A DNA stretch of 63,950 nt, counting the filler, from Circinaria calcarea (taxonomy: Eukaryota): NCBI GenBank assembly GCA_051942165.1. It is 26 parts of 26 records of this genome, joined end to end, with 100 filler letters (N's around TTAATTAATTAA, not from the genome) between each part and the next. Parts side by side here need not be neighbours in the genome. Positions count along the whole stretch, not along the records: positions 1 to 2,376 come from JAVECS010003597.1; positions 2,477 to 4,851 come from JAVECS010003598.1; positions 4,952 to 7,326 come from JAVECS010003599.1; positions 7,427 to 9,800 come from JAVECS010003600.1; positions 9,901 to 12,274 come from JAVECS010003601.1; positions 12,375 to 14,748 come from JAVECS010003602.1; 20 more parts are not named here. One strand, given 5' to 3'. The notes under the pieces were generated by a model that saw only the letters and a list, made by a program, of their open reading frames with translations, had not been told where the DNA came from and ran no database searches. This document shows positions 1 through 13,081 of the stretch, in pieces. How positions within the stretch are numbered: the first letter of the stretch is position 1; every line of letters begins with the position of its first letter. Both the position numbers and the translations under genes were made by a program.

Positions 1-634
1 CCCAATACTTCAGCTTCCATCCCGAATATGTCTTCGATTCAGCCGTGGCTGATAACTTGTGGAAAGAACTTGAGCCTTGTTCGTATACCTGGTGGCATGG
101 TCCGCACCAGTGTGCTCACGAGTACTGATGATACAATTCCATGTAGTTGGTGGAATAGTATCCTTCAACTCTCAACGAGCGCTCATGCACGGTCTTGCAC
201 CCTCGGCTGTTTCTCCAACCAACCCAGATGAGAGTGTCTACCAAGTGAACGTCTACCATTCTCTCCACTGCCTCGTATGTTTATCTCAAGACCATCAACG
301 GGAGTTTGAAACCTATCAACCGTGCTTCACTGACAAGTAGAGGAAACAGAACCGCCTCCGACGTCTCCTAGTTACAAATTCGACTTCCGACGTTCGTCCA
401 GTGGATGACGGTCATACGCCACACTGCATCGACTATCTCCGCCAAACCATAATGTGCCACAGCGACCTCATGCTCGGATCAACCGATGACATTGCCAAGT
501 TTGGTTTGAAGGAGAAACACAAGTGCAGAGATTACGGTGCCATCATGAAGTGGGTGAAGAGGAATGCATGGGATGGGTATGACGAGTGGAAGGCGAATCA
601 GACGGCCGAAGGGCAGAGCAAGGTCGATTCATAA
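1..634 (+). CDS. ustYa: UstYa-like / DUF3328 oxidase (5' partial, spliced)
   Basis: Two HxxHC motifs: VYHSLHCL and HTPHCIDYLRQTIMCHSD, plus a C-terminal HKCRDY. GT-AG introns at ~79-147 and 275-349 join the exons in frame (...HSLHCL|NRLRRLL...). Confidence 0.9.
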
Positions 635-1775
635 AGGTTTTGACTTGAGGGGAGAATAGTGTGAAGGAAACCGGGTTCGACGATCCTGGATTAGGATCGT
701 TCGACGTAGGAGATCAGTTGGCTAAAACGCAGCTCTTCATTCGAGGGACAATGCTTTACAACGATGGTAGACATATGAAAGCTCTTGTCTGCAATGCCTG
801 TTCTTCAAATTCACTATAGCTCCAGCCAGTGCAACATTTCCCAATAGCCTCAGGCTGTGACTTGAACTTTCCACCTCGAAACAGTCGGTTGTCTACCACG
901 GAGAGACCTCCCTGTCATCTATCTGCAACAAAATCCGAGCTTCCCGCAACAATTCAGTCAGGCGTGAATTTTCCGGGACTCCAAACCTCGGCATTTTCCC
1001 CCATCCCCACCGAAAACCCCCTATATCTCAATCTCTTTTCCCCTATCCCGCGATACCTTACCCCCGCCTACCATGACCCTCTTTTCTTTTTCGGACCAAT
1101 AACTACCTACATACATACCACCACGCAGGCCGAGACCCCAAGATGATACCCCCCCCACCACAAATTCTTCCCTGACTCCCTCGTACCCTGTAGAATCACT
1201 CACTTTTCCGGAGAACAAGTACCCAGGGCCTACCGGTCCTGATCCATTTTCTTTAATTCTAGGATGAGGCCATTTGGAGGCAAGGTGTTGCGGGTGGGGG
1301 TTTAAAGGTAAGGGGGATTAATGGTGATTGATTCGTCAGTCATGAAAGGTAAAGTGTGTGTATTTGTGGGGGAAGGGGAGGGGAAGTGGGATTAGGAGGT
1401 TAGCAGAGAGGGTAAGATTTGGAGCATTTCCGTTTCGGTATAGTGTGATGTGGATTAAAAAGACGGGGGGCTTTTCAATTTGGAAGTGGAAGAAGTAGCA
1501 TTGATTTTTGGAAAATCTATGGGCGAGAGGGAAGGAGATCTATCTCTATGGCCCAGTCTATCATTAATACATTATTCCGTCAGCGCGTGGGACATTTAGG
1601 GTCTCTATGATACTGTACGACAGAGCCAGATGATTGGTGATGGAAGAGAACAAGGTCGCTAGGACAAGACAGGTAAACTGGGTTTGTCACCGGAGACGTT
1701 GAATCAAGCCTGGCACACCTTGCGTAATGCGAGGAGGGAAGCTTTGAGTTACCGCGTCTTTTTAGCACTAGAAGC

Positions 1776-2376
1776 TCACGGCGTGCATCTGCTTGTGAAC
1801 CGTGGATATAGACAGCATTCGCGGACGGTGTGACGGTTGCAAAGCCAGGCGAGGAAGCGTTCGAGTCCGAGACCGTAGCCTCCGTGTGGCGAGGTACCGT
1901 ATCTGGCCCACCGATTAGCAACAGATTCGATAGAGAGATGGCACGATGGAAAAGACATACTTTCGTTGATCTGTATACCAATAATACGGCGCCGGATCAA
2001 TGTCCTCTCTTTTGTACGCTGCCATCAATTCGTCATAATCGTTCATACGCATACTTCCTCCCACAATCTCTCCAACACCTGGCATCAGACAATCCACGCT
2101 CTCTGTGATTCTGGGATCAGATGCATCCTTTTGCATGTAAAAGGCTTTGATCTCGACGGGGAAGTGCGTGAGGAAGATGGGTCGGTTGATGATATCGGTC
2201 ATTTTCCGCTCTGCGGCTTCAGCAATATCGTCTCCGAATTTGTGCGGTTCGCCGTCTTCATTCTTGATGTCGTGCTCGACGAGCCAATCGATGGCGTCGG
2301 CGTACTTCATCCGCTTGAAAGGTCGTTCGGGGGCTTTGAAGCCAGGGTTGAGTTCTTGGATTAGCTTTGCACTGTG
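1776..2376 (-). CDS. DED81: cytosolic asparaginyl-tRNA synthetase, C-terminal part
   Basis: [63 protein letters not shown] (class IIb motif 3), ending [11 protein letters not shown]; intron 1903-1960. Confidence 0.95.
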
Positions 2377-2476
2377 NNNNNNNNNNNNNNNNNNNNNNNN
2401 NNNNNNNNNNNNNNNNNNNNTTAATTAATTAANNNNNNNNNNNNNNNNNNNNNNNNNNNNNNNNNNNNNNNNNNNN
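2377..2476. other. artificial contig spacer (N-run/TTAATTAATTAA/N-run); first of 25
   Basis: An identical 100-nt linker with stops in all six frames recurs about every 2.46 kb (4852, 7327, 9801, 12275, 14749, 17221, 19693 ... 61498). Contig lengths fall from 2376 to 2353 nt. Confidence 0.99.
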
Positions 2477-3716
2477 GCTTATAGTGCCATGGGACTGGTT
2501 TTCCCAGGCAGCCCAGGTATACCAAGCGCACCAGTCCTGCTGTGCAGACAAGGTGCATCCTTTCGTGAACAGTCACGGTGGAGACTATTTCCTGAACTTA
2601 CGCGACGCCTGGGCTAGCATACTGGCCCTCGATATTGGAGCGAAGCAGCCTCACTGCTCTCTACATTTTCTGCTGCGTCTTTATTGGTCTCGGCTGGCTA
2701 CCGATCCTCGGGACAAGATCTATGCCTTCCTTGGTCTGTTGGAGCCCAGCCAGCGGCTCATTGTTCCAGATTACATGCTATCTACTCGGGACGTTTACCA
2801 AGATGCAGTAGTAAAGATAATTAACCATTCCTCCGACTTATCTATTCTAATGGACGTAGATGAGTATTCAGGAGAAATCAACGTTTCCACGTGGTGCACG
2901 GACTGGACTTCTACCGGCGTATTTGGCTTGGAACTATATAGTCATTATCAAGCCGCAGGAAATAGCGAGGCTTCGGTTCAGCTCTGCGGAAAAAATATTC
3001 TAAAGGTCCAAGGTTTCGTATGCGATACTATCACGGAAATCGCTCCCGATGAGGGTGAAAATGAAGTCGGCACGGCACTCGATGAAGCGTACAGATATCT
3101 CTGCGGCTGGGAATCACTATGCCAACTGTCCGCAGGCTCAGATATACCATACCCGTCCGGTGGCACCCGCAAAGACGCATTTTGGCAGACGGTGCTAATG
3201 GGTATGCATGCCGACCGTACAGCTCGCCTAAGCAACGCGGACCGCGTCCCATACAATATATGGCGGCAGTGGCTGGAAAGAAATCATCGGTGCGCTCCAT
3301 ATACGAACTAGATGACCACGCTAGCATCCAGAACACGGGAAGAAAAGGCTTATAGTAACGCTAATAGCAGCATCCGGAATCATAACAATATTATTGTTTC
3401 TTATCCCTTCGTCCGCTGGTTCTTCGTCACGGGGCGCGGGTATATAGGCCTCGGCCCAGCGAAGATGCAGTCAGGAGATGTTATATGCGTGCTCAGGGGC
3501 GGCAAAATGCCTTTTGTCCTACGAGCCGCGGAAGAGGGCGACGATAACGATGACGACGACTGCGACGGGCCTTGCCGGGCTGCTGGTGCCTGCGCCGCGG
3601 AGCAACAACGCTATAGCTTGGTGGGCTATGCTTACTTACACGGTATCATGGACGGGGAGGCGGTTCGGGGCGTAGAGCGCGGGGAAGAGGAGTGGATAAA
3701 TTTCTGGCTTCGTTAA
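2477..3716 (+). pseudogene. HET-6-like heterokaryon incompatibility protein, C-terminal part, with in-frame TAG at 3309-3311
   Basis: ATDPRDKIYAFLGL, PDY, W-x-x-DW, FWQTVL, FFVTGRGYIGLGP...GDVICVLRGGKMPFVLR and YSLVGYAYLHGIMDGE are typical of the post-HET region. ORFs 2484-3311 and 3312-3716 are the same frame split by a single stop. Confidence 0.8.
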
Positions 3717-3847
3717 TATAAATAAAAAAACGCTATCTCGAAATAAACGTTATATCGCCTCCTCTGCTGCTCAGCTCTATCGATTTAAAAAACTTTTTTT
3801 TAAATTTTTAACGAATTCCAAATCGAATCCGGCGTTAATAAATAAAA

Positions 3848-4184
3848 TGTTACGTCCCTAAGCGTCTGAGGCAAAGGCAATGCTAGTCACTGGTATAAGG
3901 CAGGGGCTCTGTAGATATGCACGAAGGTTCTATACCAATTACTGGCAAGTAAGAAGTGACAATACAATTCTCCAATGTAAAGTACTGTAAGGTCTTGACC
4001 ACGAGGATCCTAATACTATGGAAAGGACTGTGACTGTATAGGCCCTCGATGGTTACACAAGACGTCCGGAAAGGGGTGGACGTAGTGGACGTCACCCACG
4101 TCCAGTACCTCCAGTACCACTGGTACGCCTACGACGCGCACTGCCTGTACCTCTTGGCACAGCCTTGCCGGGTGCGCCATTATA
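3848..4184 (-). mobile_element. LTR of retrotransposon family B (solo or remnant, RIP-mutated)
   Basis: Starts TGTTACGTCCCTAAGC and ends GCGCCATTATA (cf. ...GCGCCATTACA). The first ~190 nt closely match 36265-36455 on another contig. Confidence 0.8.
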
Positions 4185-7100
4185 GTACTTCGGTACTTTC
4201 AATGCCGAAGTACGAAGACGGTGCGAAGATTTAAACAAACCACCCCACCCCTTAAAGAAATAGAGTTTTGGCCCGCTCCTCCCCTACCGGGGGCCGTTTT
4301 TGGGCGGGGTTTTTTTGGGGCGTCCTTGTTCCCTTCCCCCGGGTAAACCCTGGGTAAGGTTTGGATAGATAGATAGATAGCCTAAGTTGTTATACCCATT
4401 CGTTCACTCACCTAACTCCCGACTATCAATCCCAATGCTCGGGTGAGTCGGGTCGAGTCGAATGGGATCCACTGGGTTCTCGGGGTCTGGGGTCCTCTGG
4501 GTCCTCTGGTCTTGGGTCCTCTGGTCTTGGGTCCTGTGGTTTTGGGGAAAGCGAAAGGAAGGAGACAGGGTTGAAAGGAAAAGGGGGAAGGAAGGGGGGT
4601 AGGGGAGAATCACCCCTTTCCCTCCTTACCATCTTCCCACCATCTCCTCTCTTCCCTTCCCCTTCCCTTCCCTTCCTTTCTCTCTATGTTCCCAGCCATC
4701 TCCTCTCTACAACTAGGTCTTCTTTTCCTTTCCAAGGCCCCTTTTAGTCCCGAATTGGTTATTGTTATTAAAGGGAGGGGGTTGAATGGCCAAGGAGATT
4801 TTTCAGGAGATGGGGGAGACGGGAAAGGAGATTTATGGTGGAGGGGAGGGGNNNNNNNNNNNNNNNNNNNNNNNNNNNNNNNNNNNNNNNNNNNNTTAAT
4901 TAATTAANNNNNNNNNNNNNNNNNNNNNNNNNNNNNNNNNNNNNNNNNNNNGCAAGTAAAGAAGGGCGAGTAGCATAATCATGAACCAATCTTTTCGTGG
5001 TTCGCTATATAATTTTGAAGGGCGCCAACTGGTCTTATCCGCATAATCAAGGGTAGTAAATAGATTATTTTTCTATATTATCTTTATATAACAACTCAAC
5101 ATATTTTTGTTCTATTATTTCCTTATATAGACCTAATCAGCCTTTTTTACCTATCTGGTGATAATGATTATTCGCGTACGACGGCTGATAGCGGAAGCTG
5201 TTGACTCAGCCTGGGGTGATTTATAACACGATTCGAGTGGCTGGTGTTTTAATTCTGGATATCAAGATAGGCCATGATTCGAACACTGGCAATGAATATC
5301 ACGCAGCCTTTGTTATCTTCCTAAGTTTGATGAAGAGTTCTCAGCTGTATTAGGGGTTGCTAGTGGTCTTGTCGGTTCGTCAATCGAGTCGATAGAGTAT
5401 ATCAAAGCTAAAGATATGAACTGGCCGTATAAAGAATGTGCCGGTGTGCTGATTTAACAAACCGGTAATATCTATTCTACCAAGAGACGGAAGCCCAACC
5501 CTGAGGATGAACTGGGCGAGTTGCCGAGTCTCGACTCTCGGGGTGCGTTAACTTGCGAGATGTTGATGTTTGTAGCTACGACAACGAGGAGCAGTCAGAG
5601 GCCCCCGACACAGCTTCCCAGTCCGACCTAGGCACGGAGGAACTTTACCTACTGGAGAACTACAAAAGCACTAGTCGGAAGCAACTGTATATTGATGTGC
5701 CCGATGTCTGGAAGCGGACGGAAAGTGGCGGATGGAGTGGAAACATCTTGCTATCTACGGGCGAAAGATCTACACCGGCAGAGGAGGAGCGAGCGGTGTG
5801 ATCACGAACCGACTGTTCATTGTTCACCACGCAATTTTAAGGCATCGAGCTACAGGCTGGCGTGATCCGCATAGTTGAGGATGGCGGTTGGATTGTCAGT
5901 GTGTTTATCAGAGCGAGAGAGGAACCGCTCTGCTACGGCCTGCGATGGATGTTCCAACGCTGTGTCAGTACTGGCGAGGCGTGGGCTACGGTGAACGAGA
6001 ATGAGAACAGCTGTCTCTTTAGGATTCTGCGCTCCTTTGTAACTTCTACGGCGACAGACTTCAAGAAGTGGTTTACTATATTAGGTTGCCAGCAAATGTC
6101 CTGTGTCTCGCCTAGTCCCACCTTAAGGGATCATGGTCCATCCTAGACGCAGCGAACCTGCTGCCGATGCTTCTTATAAGAGCGAAAATATTACGCAAAC
6201 GCTGAAGCTTAAGCATGTTCAAGGAATTCGGCCAACTGCAGTTCATTGATAACAAAGATAGAGGATCCGATCAAAGCATCAGCATATGGTATCGAACCGT
6301 GCCCACGAGTCAGATCCAGGTTGTACGATAGAGCTCCTGGCGGTCAGTATTGTTAGACTTTTAATCCTGCTATATGAGTTCTTATTTTATCTGGGGAGGG
6401 GGGCCCTTCCATGTATGTATTCAGGGTTAATAGAAAAATACTTTTAATTATTACCTACCCTTCAACAGGAGTGCGGCTAACAGTTTATTTTATTTATAGG
6501 ATATAAATAAATTACACGTGATACGGCTGAGGGATAAAAACTAACCTGATATACTATCGCAGTCTATATATAAAGAAACTAATTAAAAGCTCCGGAGAAG
6601 AGCAAGTTAGGTTAATAATAAGGTGAGGGTGCGCGTAGACGACGACTTTCTCGACGATGATAACAGATCAGAGCATGGAAGCGAATCCGGAAAGTATAAT
6701 GAATATAATAATAGGAACGAAAGTCTTCTTGATAGCGATTACACCCCTGACCCGACTCCGGAGGACGAAGAGGGGACTAGTGACGACGAAACTTGCATTG
6801 GGAGCGTTTTTTCCTTCACGCATTCAGTACCTATAACTATGATGGCAAGACAGATAAACCCGATGCGAGAAAATTGCGGCTTTTGCAATGATTCCTCCAG
6901 CAGTTTACTATTGCCAGACCGTCGACCATTCTGAAATTATCTAACTACCAGCGGGTACAGGTACCCTTTCCGCTAAATGACAACGAGAAGGAAGATGTAG
7001 CAAAGTTGACGTTAGATTACAAAGAGGCCGCCGCTAAAGCGCAAGCACAACCGCACTGAGGTGGAACGGGAAAAACCCACTTACTGCCCAGGAATTAATG

Positions 7101-7426
7101 GCATTTGATCAGACTGGGGAATGAGATGGTGAAATGGTGCCGGAGACGTTAGTAATGAAGGAGGAGTAACAGGTAACACCGGTAGACTGGTTAAATGGAG
7201 TACGAATGAGGATGCGAATTGGCAATGACAGGCGTGCCGTCTATGTTGGTGACTGGTTATAACGGGTTAATGCGGTATTTGACTTTTGATTCCCTAGATA
7301 GGTTGAACTACCGCATCTGCAACACANNNNNNNNNNNNNNNNNNNNNNNNNNNNNNNNNNNNNNNNNNNNTTAATTAATTAANNNNNNNNNNNNNNNNNN
7401 NNNNNNNNNNNNNNNNNNNNNNNNNN

Positions 7427-7827
7427 GATCTGCACCGTATCCCCTAGATTCCCCACCCGGCCATCCACCTTGATCTTGTCGTGCAGGAACTTTTCGAAGG
7501 CGGCGACGTCGAAGATTTTGTCCGAGGCGGGTTGGGAGGCGTTGATAATGAACTATGCGCTCACGTGTTAGCATCTAGCAAACAGTTCGAGCTCTTCTAT
7601 AGAGGAAGAAAGTGTAGGAGGAGAAAAAGAGGGGGGAAAGCGTACCTTGTTGGTCACTTTCGCGGACTTGCCCTTTGCTCCCGACTTGGCAGTCTTCTAC
7701 ATCCGTCGAGAAAATTTCACCTTAGCCTACTGTTCTTGGGGGATTCCCGGACCTCGCGATGAGGCAGTGGGAGAACAGCAAAGCGGTGTGAAATGGGGTC
7801 ACGTACGGTGGTGGTTGCCGGGGCCAT
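7427..7827 (-). CDS. RPL22: 60S ribosomal protein eL22 (3' partial; exons 7827-7807, 7696-7646, 7552-7427)
   Basis: Spliced translation MAPATTT|KTAKSGAKGKSAKVTNK|FIINASQPASDKIFDVAAFEKFLHDKIKVDGRVGNLGDTVQI; canonical GT-AG introns. Confidence 0.95.
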
Positions 7828-10800
7828 CTTTTGCAGATATTGTGGAGAGGTCGCAAAGAAGTATGTATCCTGCGCCTGACTGTGAGTTTGGTTCCTGGGG
7901 TTTTGAAAGTTCGATTAGTGGGTGGTGATAATTCTTGGTGCGTTGATGGCTTCGCTTAGGAAAGGGAGCTAGAATGAACTGGGGCGAGGGAATGGAAGGA
8001 GAAATGAATTTGCTGGAGGAGTTGCAGCATTTCAACTCTATTAAGCAGAAGGAAGTGGGCCGTAACATGGGTATCAATAGGATCACTGTACTCTACTGGA
8101 ACAAGCTATAAGTTTTCGGGTCCTCTCAACAAAACAAAGTCCTACTAAAAAGGAGCCTGTATATATACCCTTTCTACTATTATTTGCTAGAGTCCGACAT
8201 ATTGCAATATATAAAAGTCGACAACTACAGATGCACTGAACTATTAGGGATCTCTGGCTCATGATTGGCATGATTGGCAGCGTACACGTATCCTCTCTAT
8301 AAACACGGCACCAATCTCTCTTCCTTATACCGATCATGTGGTCTCATCTTACTGTCTAATCAGTTTCAACCGCCGACTCATTTCATGGCTCTGTAGTTCT
8401 GCTATAGTTGCTCCGACTTTGACTTCTTCAATAACTACGCTAACTCCGGTCTTTTGTATTATAAGAGTCCTGAGCCTTTTGTTCCTCGTCTTCTCTCGAG
8501 AAAGCAAGAAGAGACAAAGCAGCAATGGAAACAGCAACACGATCCCAGTTCCCAATCCCACACATGCATCGCCTATGGCCCTCGATCAGCAAAGCGTTGA
8601 GTTTTCTGGTACCAATATTGATTGGGTGCATCTTCCTTGAACCGAGGGTAATACCTGAGGAAACTAGTCATCCACAAATGCTAGCGGTAGGCTGGTATTC
8701 TACCCTAGAGTCATTCCTCCTCGAGGAGAGCATCCTGGTTGAGTCCTCGCCACACGTAGGCACCATACTGGTAAGGCTAACAATATCATATCCATTGGTA
8801 AACCATGTCCTTTACTGGAACTGAGGCAAGCGTACCAGGTGCTAGGTTGATTAGCGGCCTCGGGGAGTTAGGGTGTTTCAGAGGGGAGAACAGCATTGCA
8901 TATTCCAGTCAAGCTTAACGGAGACTCGATCTGAATGCATGCGCAATCGGTTATAAAGACGAATGAGGTCTCTCGTCAAGCCCCTTTAGCGAAGATGTTT
9001 CATGGCATGTGCGCAAAACAATGAGCATGCCTTAGGCAAGGCGCAGGGGATCTGTCTGAGGAAAAGGGATGAGCGATAGATTCCAAATTCCGTAGATCCG
9101 GGATCTTCACTTTTGGTGAGGAACCATTCGAGGTACAATGTGGATGTGCGGGTGACACAATCCCTTGCTAAAATATACTGAGATGCAAGGCTAAAACGTA
9201 CGCCGTATGTAGAGCAATCCGGTCATTATTTTCCCAAGCTAGATGCGGTTGATATATCTAGATTCTGGTTGAATCGGCGGGACCAGGAACGGATAGATCG
9301 CCGAGTGGCAATGCAACAGTGCATCAAGGTCCGCTGTAGTCTGTTGGATAATAGTTTGGAACTATGAGCCACCACCAAGCAGCCGGCCGCCGTTTTCTGG
9401 ATTTCTGACTTGGTGAACTCGGAATATCTAGACAATCCGGGTCACTAACTCATCGGTGTACCACATCAATGTAAGTTGGCCCCAATCCCAAAAAGAAATT
9501 GGCTAATTCGGTAATCACGGCAGCGGTGGTATCTATGGTTGGGAAGCAGGGCAGTAAGATCATGATGTCGTAAAGGTGGAAGCGCTGGTTGGATTAAAAA
9601 GATATGGCGCAGGAGGCGTAGAGCCAATGAAGAGAGTTGAAAGACGAGAGAGTTTGAGAATTGCATAGGCGAACACTAATGCATACAGAAAAGATCAAAG
9701 TGTACGCTTGATCTTCTAGTCAACGGCATAGTCAAAGGGAACGGCTGGTTTACACAGGCCACTTAGCAGGAGAATACCTACCCTTAAAAAGCTGTGAAAC
9801 NNNNNNNNNNNNNNNNNNNNNNNNNNNNNNNNNNNNNNNNNNNNTTAATTAATTAANNNNNNNNNNNNNNNNNNNNNNNNNNNNNNNNNNNNNNNNNNNN
9901 TGGCCCCGATTACCACTGCACCGCCATGTCAAAGGCGGTAGGACAGTACCGGGCAGATGGGCTATCCCCGCACGAGATCAATTGCAAGATCTGCTTTGAC
10001 AGTGACTTGGGTAAGTTGATTCAGCAGCAGCAGAAGGGCCGGGTGGACAAAGCGCATGGCTTTTCCCACATGTACGCCAATATGAAGAACGGGTGTAAGA
10101 GGTTGAACAAGGAAAACCCATGCTCTGGAAAGCCTTGAGGAATAGCTCGAAGACAAGTTCCTACATCGGAACTTGATTCTTTGCTCGACACTCACGCAGT
10201 TCCCAAACACCCAGAGGCACTCACCCGCCAAAATCATACACGGCGACAACGAGCAGGTCATTGCAGGCAGATACCAGCAGCCAGCAAACACAGAGATCAC
10301 TACCATGTTCACCGGATTAACGCACCAGGGATCATACCGCCCCGTCAGGAAGCTCCCAGATCACGCGCCCAGCCGCCGAGGAGGTCGGCGCCACAGATCG
10401 GGAGCAAGGGAGGACGAAGAGAAGATGTGGAAAGAGATGAGAACGGAACAGCAGGTCGGCCAGGTGGAAGTGTATGTATGATGACACTGCACTGCGTCTG
10501 GCGTTTTAGGATTGCGATTGAGCTTGCCATATACCCTGCCATTGATGCTATCTTGCCATGTACTTTGGCATACATCCTGCCGTACACCCTACCATATATT
10601 GTGCTGTGTATCGCGCTATATACCCAACTCATGCCTGACTTAACACATGAATATCTATTCCATCATAATTTGGATTCCTCCAAGGCGTCTCTGGCTGGAA
10701 GTTAGCAAAAGGGGAATTCCGGGTTTAAGGTAGTTGTAGTGTTGCCATTGTACACTAGCTTTTCTCACATTGTGGATTTAAATAGCCCTCCATAAGCTGC

Positions 10801-12374
10801 AAATTATGATGTGATGAACTGAGAAAGGGTTCCATGGTTTTGGCAGTTTGTTGTCAGAATGATCCCTCTTACCTGGTCCAAAAGTAGATTGACTGATCCG
10901 GGAAGGCTGCCCTGACTTGCTGCTCTGTAGTAGAAGACGATGTGGCTGTTAAATTCTACCTTCAGATACAAGTAGCATGCATGTCTGTGAGGTGCTGTTC
11001 ATTACGAATGTGGGAGAGTGCTATACATACTACGTATAGAGATTGTTTCAGCTCGGCGACCAAGGCAGGGGTACGGGCCATTTCGGTGGCCCGTGAGGAA
11101 TCCCCAAGCAGAAATGCGGCTAAAATCCTAGCGTCCAATTAGACGAGGGTCCTGAGCGTGAATATGGGGTTTCACCTCAACATCCAGATGCTTGGATGCG
11201 TCTCTCGTGTAACGGTCAGGATTTATCTGCCATTTACCATGAGCAAAATAGGGGTACCGTCCAGATGCAAGTACCTGGCGTAATCCGTACCCTCATCGAG
11301 CTTGGTAATGAGTTCGTTCGAGCTGGCTGTTGTGGTGATTCTGAGCCCCTTGGCCAGCAATACCCTTCATTTGGATCAGGGTCATGTACAGTGGAGGCAT
11401 CAACCGGCGTTTTCGTTTGTGACCTATCCACTCAAGCTTCATGTCAGGTATTCCAGATAAGGCGGGATAAGATTGAGATCCTGCAGCATCTTCGCCGATG
11501 CACTATACAAGCGATCACTCGCATATCCCGAGAGGAATGTTGAGGCAGGTTTGGATCTTGGAGTTCGATCCATGCGGACCACGATTTGAATTGACTCGGG
11601 GACTTTCCTTCCCAAACCGGTGCTTCTCCGCTAGCCCTAAGGTGGTCGCTCAATGGTCTTCATTCTGGCCCGACCCCTATCTCAGATGTCAGTCTTGGCC
11701 AGGTCAGTCTGATCCTGCGACACTCGTATCAGCCATCGATGCAAGCAAGGGCTCGGCACAGGCAAGCCCTCCGGAGCCTCATCACCTAGCTAATCTTGTT
11801 GCTTTCAATTCTTGCTACAATTCTCATGGCATCCCGCTGTTTCCACGCGTTTGTTCGATGCATTAGTTATTCTACTTTCCTTACATTCCTCGCTGCACTT
11901 TGTTGCCTTTCGTTCATTCTCTTCAAGAGCTGGTCTTTACCTCATGGCTTTGGTAGTATTTGGATCGCTTCCATACTCCTCCTCCGCGGTTTATTCTGTC
12001 CTTTTAATATTGTGCATGTCGCCGGCAGCATTATAGACATACTAAGGCCACCAATCGGTTTCAAGTTCTTTACCAAGTGAGTGGAATGAAGGCAACTCCT
12101 CCTTGCTTCTACCCTCGCTACCGCCGAGCACAGCCGCAACCTGGAGCCATAACCATGATGCTGTTCCAAATCCAACCTCGTATACGCACGTGGCTGACCC
12201 TGTATGCATGTAGGTCGGTATTTGGACCTTATTTGGGAATGGGCGCGTCGAGAGCACGATGGCACGTCCAATAANNNNNNNNNNNNNNNNNNNNNNNNNN
12301 NNNNNNNNNNNNNNNNNNTTAATTAATTAANNNNNNNNNNNNNNNNNNNNNNNNNNNNNNNNNNNNNNNNNNNN

Positions 12375-12677
12375 ATAGATTTCCGGGTCGGGAATGGTTT
12401 CATGGCACCAGTCGAAAAGCTTCTTGCGCTCGTCACGAGGAGGCGTGGGAGGATGAGTGGCCGGGCGCTGAAGGATGTACTTCCGGGGCAGGTATACCAA
12501 AGTATAAAACATGGCTTCGGTGAGGAGCCATAGTTCAAGAGCATGGGGCAGGCGATACTTTGAAGGCCGGACAGTGATAAAGAAAGCGCCATATATCAGG
12601 CTCAAAGGAGCGATGCTATGGAGAAAGAAGATGCATGCGCGAATGAAGAGAAACTCCCAGAGTGTATTATTTATCAT
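12375..12677 (-). CDS. conserved fungal membrane-anchored alpha/beta-hydrolase-like protein, N-terminal part
   Basis: MINNTLWEFLFIRACIFFLHSIAPLS...EAMFY...QRPATHPP...ERKKLF resembles the N-terminus of a widespread Pezizomycotina hydrolase-fold family; truncated by the spacer. Confidence 0.6.
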
Positions 12678-13081
12678 GGTGAATGCAACTGGGTAGTACT
12701 TGTGGCTACTATTGGAGATTTAGCAGTTACAAGTGCGCTGCTGGAAAGGATCGATGGAAGGATGAAACAAAGAGAGTACAAGGCATATTGGAGTTGGTCT
12801 CCCTGCTACCAGTACGCCTCGGCAAGAATTAAGAATTTGTTGACTCCGATTCGTTTGAGGTGAGTCTCAGTGCGCGTTGAATATAATTCAACAAATATCA
12901 TATCACGCGGTTATAGCTCATAAGGCACTCAACACGTTGAAGACCCTGAACGGTTTAAGGTAAGGTACCCTGCACTATGACTTCATCCCGCCTAGGGCCG
13001 TGCTGTGGCCCAGATCGAGATCGAGATCGGAACATTCCAACCCCCGCTTCTTCCGGCTTTGTCTCTCTCACGATCCTCGTT

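Noticed and set aside
660..710. GGTTCGA T-loop-like motif (possible tRNA)
   Set aside because: No acceptor, D or anticodon stems could be built around it.
4952..7326. Fragmented coding-like region (ORFs 5553-6146 and 6623-6934)
   Set aside because: Many stops and no identifiable domain; possibly a decayed gene, but no product call can be supported.
9901..12274. Many short overlapping ORFs (similar at 49329-51683 and 55407-56180)
   Set aside because: No family motif or consistent splice model was found by eye.
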